A stretch of DNA of 64,000 nucleotides from Anas platyrhynchos (lineage: Eukaryota): assembly GCF_047663525.1 (NCBI RefSeq), contig NC_092617.1, positions 5,639,550 to 5,703,549 of the forward strand, in the 5' to 3' direction. Position numbers and translations under genes: made by a program. Below are positions 44,500-64,000 of this stretch, in pieces. Numbering within the stretch: the stretch's first letter is position 1; each line of letters begins with the position of its first letter. The notes beneath the pieces were generated by a model that saw only the letters and a program-made list of their open reading frames with translations, was not told the DNA's origin and did no database searches.

Positions 44500-47400
44500 C
44501 GGACTCAATTTGGGCTTTTTTCACCCTTTTTTGCCCTTTTCTACCTTTCTGACCTCTTTTTGGCCTTTTTTGGCCTTTTTTTTGCCCTTTTCTGCCTTTT
44601 TTTTTTGCCTATTTTTTTAGCCTCTTTTACCCTTTCCTGCCTCTTTTTCCCTCTTCTTTTTGCCCTTTCCGGCCTCTTTTTTGCCCTTTTCTACCTTTTT
44701 TGGCCTCATTTTTAAGCCTCTTTTACCCTTTCCAGCCTCTTTTACCTTTCTGACCTCTTTTTTTGCCCTTTTCTACCCTTTTTTGGCCTCTTTTATCCTT
44801 TCCAGCCTCTTTTTCCCTTTTGACCTCTTTTTTAGTCTTTTCAGCCTCTTTTTTGCCCTTTTCTACATTTTTTTACCTCTTTTTTAAGTCTCTTTTATCC
44901 TTTCCAGCCTCTTTTACATTTCTGACCTCTTTTTTGGCCTCTTTTTTTCCCATTTCTACCTTTTTTTGGCCTCTTTTATCCTTTCCAGCCTCTTTTTCCC
45001 TTTTTCCCTCTTTTTTGCACTTTTCTACCCTTTTTTGGCCTCTTTTTAAGCCTCTTTTATCCTTTCCGGCCTCTTTTACTTTTCTGACCTCTTTTTTGGT
45101 CTTTTCAGCCTCTTTTTTACCCTTTTCTACTTTTTTTGGTCTCTCTTACCCTTTATGGCCTCTTTTTTGGGCCTCTTTTACCTTTTTGGCCTCATTTTTG
45201 CCCTTTTTGGCCTCTTTTTTTCCCAGCCTCCCTTATTTGGCCTCTTTCAGCCCTTTTTCACCCTTTTTTTTGGGGGCCTCTCCGATTTGCCCTTTTTGAC
45301 CTCTTTTTGGCCTCCCTTGGCCTCATTTTTGCCCTTTTCAGCCTCATTTTTCGCCTCTTTTCAGCCTCCGTTTTTTAGCCTTTTTGGCCGCTTTTTGGCC
45401 TCCGATTTTTAACTTTTTTGACCTCTTTTTGGCCTCTTTTTTGGTTTTGGCCTCTAATTTTTGACCTTTTTGGCCTCTTTTTTGCTTTTGGCCTCTAATT
45501 TTTGGCCCTTTTGGCCTCTTTTTGCCCTCTTTTGGTTTTGGCCTCCAATTTTGGCTTTTTTGGCCTCTGTTTTCCTTTTTCTGGCCTTTTTGGCCTCTTT
45601 TTTGTTTTCAGCCTCAAGTTTTTGCCCTTTTTGGCCTCTACCTGCTGCTTTTTTGGCCTCTTTTCTGGTTTCGGCCTCTAACTTTGGGCCTTTTCAGCCT
45701 CTATTTTTGTTTTGGCCTCTCTTTTTTGGCCTTTTTGGCCTCTTTGCCCTTTTTAGCCTCTACTTACCCTCTTCTTGGGCTTTCTGGCCTCTATTTGCCC
45801 TTATTTTGGTCTTTTTGGCCTCTATTTACCTTTTTTGCCCTTTTTGGCCTCTCTTTGCCCTTTTTGGCCTCTATTTGCGCTTTTCTTGGCCTTTTTGGCC
45901 TTTATTTGCCCTTTTCTTTGCCTTTTTAGCCTCTATTTGCCCTTTTTGGCCTCTATTTACCCTTTTCGGCCTCTATTTACCTTTTCTTGCCTTTTTTTGG
46001 CCTCTACTTGCCCTTTTCTTGACCTTTTTGGCCTTTATTTGCCCTTTTCTTGCCTTTTTTGCCCTTTTTTTGCCCTTTTTGGCCTCTATTTGCCCTTTTC
46101 AGCCTTTACTTACCCTGTTTTTGGCCTCTCTTTGCCCTTTTCTTGCCCTTTTTGCCCTTTTCTTGCCCTTATTGACCTTTTTGGCCTCTATTTGCCTTTT
46201 TTGGCCTCTATTTACCTTTTTTGATCTTTTCGGCCTCTCTTTGCCCTTTTCTCACCCTTTTTGCCCTCTATTTACCCTTTTCTTGCCCTTTTTGCCTTTT
46301 TCTTGCCTTTTTTGCCTTTTTTTTGTCCTTTTTGGCCTCTCTTTGCCCGTTTCTTGTCCTTTTTGGCCTCTATTTACCTTTTTTGATCTTTTCGGCCTCT
46401 CTTTGCCCTTTTCTTGCCCTTTTTGCCCTTTTCTTGCCTTTCTTGCCCTTTTTTTGCCCTTTTCTTGCCTTTCTTGCCCTTTTTTTGCCCTTTTCTTGCC
46501 TTTTTTGCCCTTTTCTTACCCTTTTTGGCCTCTCTTTGCCCTTTTCTTGCCCTTTTTGGCCTCTATTTACCTTTTTTTACCCTTTCCGGCCTCTTTTTGC
46601 CCTTTTCTTGCCTTTTTTTGCCCTTTTCTTGCACTTTTTGGCCTCTATTTACCTTTTCTTGCCTTTTTTAGCCTCTCTTTGCCCTTTTCTTGCCCTTTTT
46701 GGCCTCTATTTACCCTCTTTTTGCCCTTTTCTTGACCTTTTTGGCCTCTATTTACCTTTTTTGATCTTTTCGGCCTCTCTTTGCCCTTTTCTCACCCTTT
46801 TCTTGCCCTTTTTGCCCTTTTTACCCTTTTCTTGGCCTTTTTGGCCTCTATTTACCTTTTTTTGATCTTTTTGGCCTCTACTTGCCCTTTTCTTGCCCTT
46901 TTTGCCCTTTTCTTGCCTTTCTTGCCCTTTTTTTGCCCTTTTCTTGCCTTTTTTGCCCTTTTCTTACCCTTTTTGGCCTCTCTTTGCCTTTTTCTTGCCC
47001 TTTTTGGCCTCTATTTACCTTTTTTTACCCTTTCCGGCCTCTTTTTGCCCTTTTCTTGCCTTTTTTTGCCCTTTTCTTGCCCTTTTTGGCCTCTATTTAC
47101 CTTTTTTTACCCTTTCCGGCCTCTCTTTGCCCTTTTCTTGCCCTTTTTGGCCTCTATTTACCTTCTCTTTGCCCTTTTCTTGCCTTTTTTGGCCCCTATT
47201 TACCTTTTTTTTATCTTTTCGGCCTCTCTTTGCCCTTTTCTTGCCCTTTTTGCCCTTTTCTTGCCCTTTTTGGCCTCTACTTACCCTTTTCTTGCCTTTT
47301 TTGCCTTTTTTTTGTCCTTTTTGGCCTCTCTTTGCCCTTTTTGGCCTCTATTTACCTTCTTTTTGCCCTTTTCTTGTCTTTTTTGGCCTCTATTTACCTT

Positions 47401-47510
47401 TTTTTTTTATCTTTTTGGCCTCTTTTTACCCTTTTCTCACCCTTTTCTTGCCCTTTTTACCCTTTTCTCGCCCTTTTCGGCCTCTTTCCCTTCCTTTCCC
47501 CTTTTCCTCA
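44500..47510. repeat. ~3 kb C/T-rich ~30-bp minisatellite TTTTGGCCTCTATTTGCCCTTTTCTTGCCC
   Basis: Direct reading. Confidence 0.9.
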
Positions 47511-48239
47511 CCCCCCCTTTATAAAAACCGACGGCGGGGGGGCGTTAAAAAAAAAAAAATAAAAAAATTAAAAAAAAAAACATAAAAAAAACACAAAAAT
47601 GGGTTAAAAATCCCCCGCGCCCCAACCCCCGGCCCCGCTCTCTCCCCCCCCCGCGGCCGCACCGGCGGTTTTTTCGGTCCTTTTTTTGGGGCGAAAAGGG
47701 GGGGAAAAGGGGCCCAGCGGAGGGGGGTGGGGAAGGGAAAGTTGTTTTTTTGGGGTGTTTTTGGGGTTTTTTTTTTAGGAAAGGGGGGGGGAGGGGGGGA
47801 CACGGTCACTTACTGTGGCTGGCGGCTCAAAAAAATTTTTGGCGCTGCAAGGGAGAAAAAAAACGGCAAAACAGCCCGGGTTAGGACGCTCCCCGAAAAA
47901 GCCCTTTTTCCCCTCAAAACGGTGGCGGGGTGAAAACGGCAAAGGGGAGGGTGGTGGGGGGAGGGGAGAGGGGGGGGGAAAAGGGGGTTTTTGGGGTTTT
48001 TTTTTTTGGGGGGGGGCCAGGCGAAGCTGGGCTCCGGGGGGTGTCGGCCTCGCTGCCCCTGCGGAAGGAGAAGGGAGAGGCGTGAGTCAGGTTTTGGGGG
48101 GGGGGGGCGGCCGCGGGGGGCCCCCCCCCCGGGGGTGTCGCTCGCGCGCGCGGTTTTTGGGGGGGTGGGAGAGGGGAGGGGGGGGTTTGGGGGTCGTTCC
48201 CCACCTCCCTGCTAGAAAGAGAAACCCAGAAGCTAAGCC

Positions 48240-50640
48240 GTGGGGGGGGTGGGGGGGGGTTAGAGGGGGAATTGGGGGGGTAGAGGGGGATTTGGGGGGG
48301 GTTATGGGGGAAATTGGGGGGGTTATGGGGGGAATTGGGGGGGTTTGGGGGGTTAAAGGGGAAAATGGGGGGGTTAGAGGGGGGTTAGAGGGGAAATTGG
48401 GGGGGTTTGGGGGAGTTAAAGGGGAAATGGGGGGGGTTGGGGGGGGTTATGGGGGGGTTAGAGAGGAAATGGGGGGGTTAAAGGGGAAATTGGGGGGGGG
48501 TTGGGGGGTTAAAGGGGGAATTGGGGGGTTATGAAGGGAATTGGGGGGGTTTGGGGGTTTAAAGGGGGAAATGGGGGGTTAAAGGAGAAATTGGGGGAGT
48601 TTCGGGGGGTTAGAGGGGAAATTGGGGGGGGTTAAAGGAGAAATTGGGGGGTTGGGGGGGCTAAAGGGGGAAATGGGGGGTTAGAGGGGGGTTAAAGGGG
48701 GAAATGGGGGGGTTAGAGGGGGGTTAGGGGGAAAAATGGGGGGGTTAAAGGGGAAATGGGGGGGTTATGGGGGGAATTGGGGGGGTTGGGGGGGGTTAAA
48801 GGGGAAATGGGGGGGTTATGGGGGAAATTGGGGGGGTTGGGGGGGGTTAAAGGGGAAATGGGGGGGTTATGGGGGGAATTGGGGGGGTTTGGGGGGGTTA
48901 AAGGGGAAATGGGGGGGGTTCGGGGGGTTATGGGGGGGTTAAAGGGGAAATGGGGGGTTAAAGGAGAAATTGGGGGGGGTTGGGGGGGGTTAGAGGGGGA
49001 AATTGGGGGGGTTATGGGGGGAATTGGGGGGGTTTGGGGGGTTAAAGGGGGAAATGGGGGGGTTATGGGGGGAATTGGGGGGGTTTGGGGGGGTTAAAGG
49101 GGGAAATGGGGGGGTTATGGGGGGAATTGGGGGGGTTTGGGGGGGTTAAAGGGGAAATGGGGGGGGTTAAAGGGGAAATTGGGGGGGTTGGGGGGTTAAA
49201 GGGGAAAATGGGGGGGTTAAAGGGGGAAATGGGGGGGGTTGGGGGGAATGGGGGGTTTGGGGGGTTAAAGGGGAAAATGGGGGGGTTATGGGGGGAATTG
49301 GGGGGTTTGGGGGGGTTAAAGGGGAAAATGGGGGGGTTATGGGGGGAATTGGGGGGGTTAAAGGGGAAATTGGGGGGGGTGGGGGGGTTATGGGGGAATT
49401 AGAGGGGGAATTGGGGGGGTTAGAGGGAAAATGGGGGGGTTAAAAGGGGGGTTATGGGGGAAAACGGGGGGGTAAAGGGGAAATTGGGGGAGTTAAAGGG
49501 GGTTAAAGAGGAAAATGGGGGAGTTTGGGGGGGTTATATGGGAAATTGGGGGGGGTTATATGGAAAATGGGGGTCATGGGGGGTTAGGGGGAAATTAGGG
49601 GGGTTAGAAAGGGAAACGGGGGGGTCATGGGGTAAAATAGGGGGTTATATGGGAAATTAGGGGGTTACGGGGGGTTAAAGGGGAACTGGGGGGGGTTAGA
49701 GAGAAATTGGGGGGAAAAAGGGGAAATTGGGGTTTAGAGAGGAAATTGGGGGGTTAGAGGGGAAATTGGGGGTTTATGGGGGGGTAAAAGAGGAAAATGG
49801 GGGGGTTATGGGGGAAAATGGGGAGGATTAGGGGGGTTAGAGTAGGAAATGGGGGGGTTATGGGGGAAATTGGGGGGTTATAAGGAAAAATTAGGGGGGT
49901 TATGGGGTCTAAGGGGCAGTTAGAGGGGGAAATGGGGGGGTTAGGGGAGAAATGGGGGGGTTATGGGGGGGGTAGAGGGTGAAACGGGGGGGTTAGAGGA
50001 AGAATTGGGGGGTTAGAAGGTGAAATGGGGGGGTTAGAGGGGAATTTGGGGGATTTTAGGGTGAAATGGGGGGGTTAGGGGAGAAAATTGGGGGGTTGGA
50101 GAAGAAATGGGGGGTTATGGGGGGGAAATTGGGGGGTTAGAGGGGGAAAAAAGGGGGCTGGGGGGGTTAGAGGGTGAAATGGGGGGTTAGAGGGGGGTTG
50201 GGGGGGAATTTGGGGGATTTTAGGGTGAAACGGGGGGGTAGAGGGGGGTTGGGGGGAATTTGGGGGATTTTAGGGTGAAATGGGGGTTAGAGGAAGAATT
50301 GGGGGGGTTAGAGGGTGAAATGGGGGGGTTGGGGGGGCTTAAAGGGGGAATTGGGGGGGTCGGGGGAAGCTGAGAAGGAAAATGGGGGGGTTTAGGGTGA
50401 AATGGGGGGTTAGAAGGGGGTTGGGGGGCAATTAGGGGGATTTTAGGGTGAAATGGGGGGTTGGGGGGGCTTAAAGGGGGAATTGGGGGGGTCAGGGGGG
50501 GCTGAGAAGGAAAATGGGGGGGTCTGGGGGGAAATGGGGGGGGCAGGGGGTAAATGGGGGGTCTGGGGGGGGTAAATGGGGGGTCGCGGGTGTCTGGGGG
50601 GGGATTTGGGGGGGTTTTGGGGGGGGGGGGTTTGAGGGGG
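48240..50640. repeat. ~2.4 kb G-rich array GGGGGTTAAAGGGGAAATGGGGGGGTTATGGGGGGAATTGG (G-quadruplex-prone)
   Basis: Direct reading. Confidence 0.9.
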
Positions 50641-50799
50641 GGTCCCCTCGGCGCTCGGAGCCTTCCCCTGCAAAAGAAACGGGGCCGGGAAAAGGGGGGG
50701 TGGGGGGGGGGTGAGGGGGGGGGGGTTGGGGCTCCAAAAATTTAAGGGGGGGGGTCAAAAACCGAGGGGGGAGGGGCCGGGCCCCGCCCCCAGCCAGGC

Positions 50800-51620
50800 C
50801 CGCCCCCTTTCTCCTCACAGAGCCCCCCCCCCCCCCCCCCCCAAACAGGCCTCAGCGGCCTTATCGCGGCCCTGTCGCGCTCCTATCGCGACGTACCCCA
50901 CTTTTAACCCCCCCCCCTCTCCTTTTAACCCCCCCCCCTCTCTTTTTAACCCCCCCCCCGGGCTCTTTTCCCGCTTTCCCCCCTCAGCTTCAGCCCCGGC
51001 CCCTCAGCGCCTCTCCCCTCCCCCCCCCCCACCCCCCCCCCAACCCCATCCCTCCCCCTTTTTGGCGAATAAAAACCCAAAACTCCTCAGATTTGACCCA
51101 AAATCGTTTCGGGACCTTCCCTAAAACCCCCCCCGGCCCCCTCAGCGGCGGCCTCACCCCTGGGCCCCGCCGCTCCGCCGCCGCCGCCGCCGCCGCCTGC
51201 TCACAAAATGGCGCCCGCGCCGCCCTCTGCGCCGCTCCGGCCGGGAGCCCGCGGCCCCGCCCCTTTTCTCCTCAGGACGCGCGGCGATTGGAGGAGGGAG
51301 GCGTCAATCACGACGCTGGCCAATGGGAGGCGAGGAGGGGAGGGAGCGCGGGGAGAAGCGCGGGAGGAGGGATAAGGGGGGATGAGACTGCGGTGGGGGC
51401 GGAGCGCGGATTGGGCGGCGCGGGTGTCCGTCAAGAGGAGGAGCCAATAGGGAAAGGGGGCGGGAGGGGAGGGCCCGCCTCTTGGCTCGGAGGGTTGAGG
51501 CAGCGGGAGGGCGGGGCTTCGGCGGAGAGCGCGCTGTGATTGGTTGGCGCCTCAGGAACGCCGCGATGCGATTGGCTGGCGGCGCTGTCACTCCCTCCCT
51601 CACTCCCTCAGGCGCCCCCA
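50800..51620. promoter_or_regulatory. Orphan CpG island with a cluster of five CCAAT/ATTGG (NF-Y type) boxes (gattggagg ~51289, ggccaatggg ~51321, agccaatagg ~51443, tgattggttgg ~51537, cgattggctgg ~51568), a GCCGCC run and a YY1-like CAAAATGGCGCC (~51206)
   Basis: Motifs read directly; no conserved coding exon recognised nearby. Confidence 0.4.
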
Positions 51621-52459
51621 CCCCCCCCCCAAATGTCCCAAAAGAAGCACTTTTCACCCCAAAAAGTTACAAAAAAACACCACTTTGCTTTTATTGGAAA
51701 AGACCGAAGGGCTACCGGCTACGGCCAAAGTGAGGAGGGGGGGGTTGGGGGGCCAAAAAAAAAAAAAAACGTAAAATAAAAAATAAATATTTATCCTCCT
51801 GTGAGGCAGGGGGATAAATAAGGCGGAATCGGGGTTTTTGGGGTGTTTTTTTTGGGGTGCCCCCCTTAAATTTTTTAGGGACCCCCCCCCCGTATTGTCC
51901 CAGCGCGTTTTGGGCCCGTCTGAGGAGCTTTTTGGGGTCCCCCACCCCAAATTGATCCGTTTTGAGGGGGGACGCAGATTTTGGGGTGAATTCGGGGGAT
52001 TTTGGGGTCCCCCCTAACTCTATGGCTTTTTGGGGACCTCCCCCTGCACGTCGGGGGGGCTCGGCCCCGGTTTTGGGGTCGTTAACCCCAATTTTGGGGC
52101 TGTTTTGGGCTCCCTTTGGGGTCGGCGGCCGCCATTTTGTGCCGCCCGCGCCCCATTTTTGAGGCTTTCTTTGCCCAAATTTTGGGGTTTTCGAGCCCAA
52201 ATGTGGGGTTTTCGAGCCCAAATTTTCACAATTTGGGGATTTCGGACCCTATATCTCCTCCCCTTAAAAAAAAGGGCGACCCCCACCCCAAAAAAAAAAG
52301 ACAAAAAACCCCAACCCCGCCACGCCTTGGTCCGGCCCCCGCCCCCCCCAAAAAAAACCCCCCCCCGAACCCCCCAAAAAACCCCAAAAACCCAGGAAAT
52401 CGGGGGCAAAAAACGAGTCCGTGAAGGATTTTTGGGGGGAATTTGGGTCCCCCCAACCC

Positions 52460-64000
<11,541 letters not shown>

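Noticed and set aside
47580-48240. Possible small exons (plus-strand donor GTGAGT ~48073; minus-strand cttgcag...cacag|GTAAGT at ~47843..47806)
   Set aside because: No ORF, no homology, and no second splice partner identifiable; kept only as a note within the orphan-island finding.
51600-51800. Possible retroposed small RNA or processed pseudogene ending in A15 (51748..51762) followed by AATAAA
   Set aside because: The upstream sequence does not match any snRNA, 7SK, Y RNA or tRNA that I can recognise; it may simply be a low-complexity A run.

Overview
This window is vertebrate nuclear DNA, not prokaryotic. It carries three conserved protein-coding genes whose introns are almost entirely filled with tandem satellite arrays: TTC5 on the + strand (complete, 11 coding exons, 4228..23854), HNRNPC on the - strand (complete CDS, 7 coding exons, 25353..39129) and the 3' half of SUPT16H on the - strand (12 exons, 52460..63846, continuing past the window end). 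I reconstructed all three gene models by hand from splice signals (GT-AG), reading-frame phase continuity and near-colinear identity to the known human proteins. Almost every long ORF in the six-frame track is an artefact of tandem repeats whose period is a multiple of 3. Exons make up less than 6% of the window. The rest is more than 30 distinct mini- and satellite arrays with 12-190 bp units, including G-rich G4T4-like runs, GC-box arrays, TAATTA-rich arrays, polypurine/polypyrimidine tracts and a 1.5 kb ATC-type trinucleotide tract, plus several CpG-island or promoter-like islands. The findings below cover the following points. TTC5 and HNRNPC lie tail-to-tail about 1.5 kb apart with their poly(A) signals about 25 bp apart. 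Between them sits a roughly 1.2 kb tandem array of YY1-consensus motifs and a perfect CRE. No RPGRIP1-like gene lies between HNRNPC and SUPT16H. Exon-junction fragments are repeatedly duplicated inside introns and embedded in satellite monomers, and several functional splice sites sit inside repeat units. TTC5 intron 1 holds an array of RFX X-box-like palindromes, TTC5 intron 3 holds roughly 100 tandem Sp1 GC boxes, and the TTC5 promoter is tandemly duplicated with CArG, CCAAT and YY1 motifs. The GC-rich, satellite-saturated gene structure resembles what has been described for avian dot microchromosomes; that is an inference.
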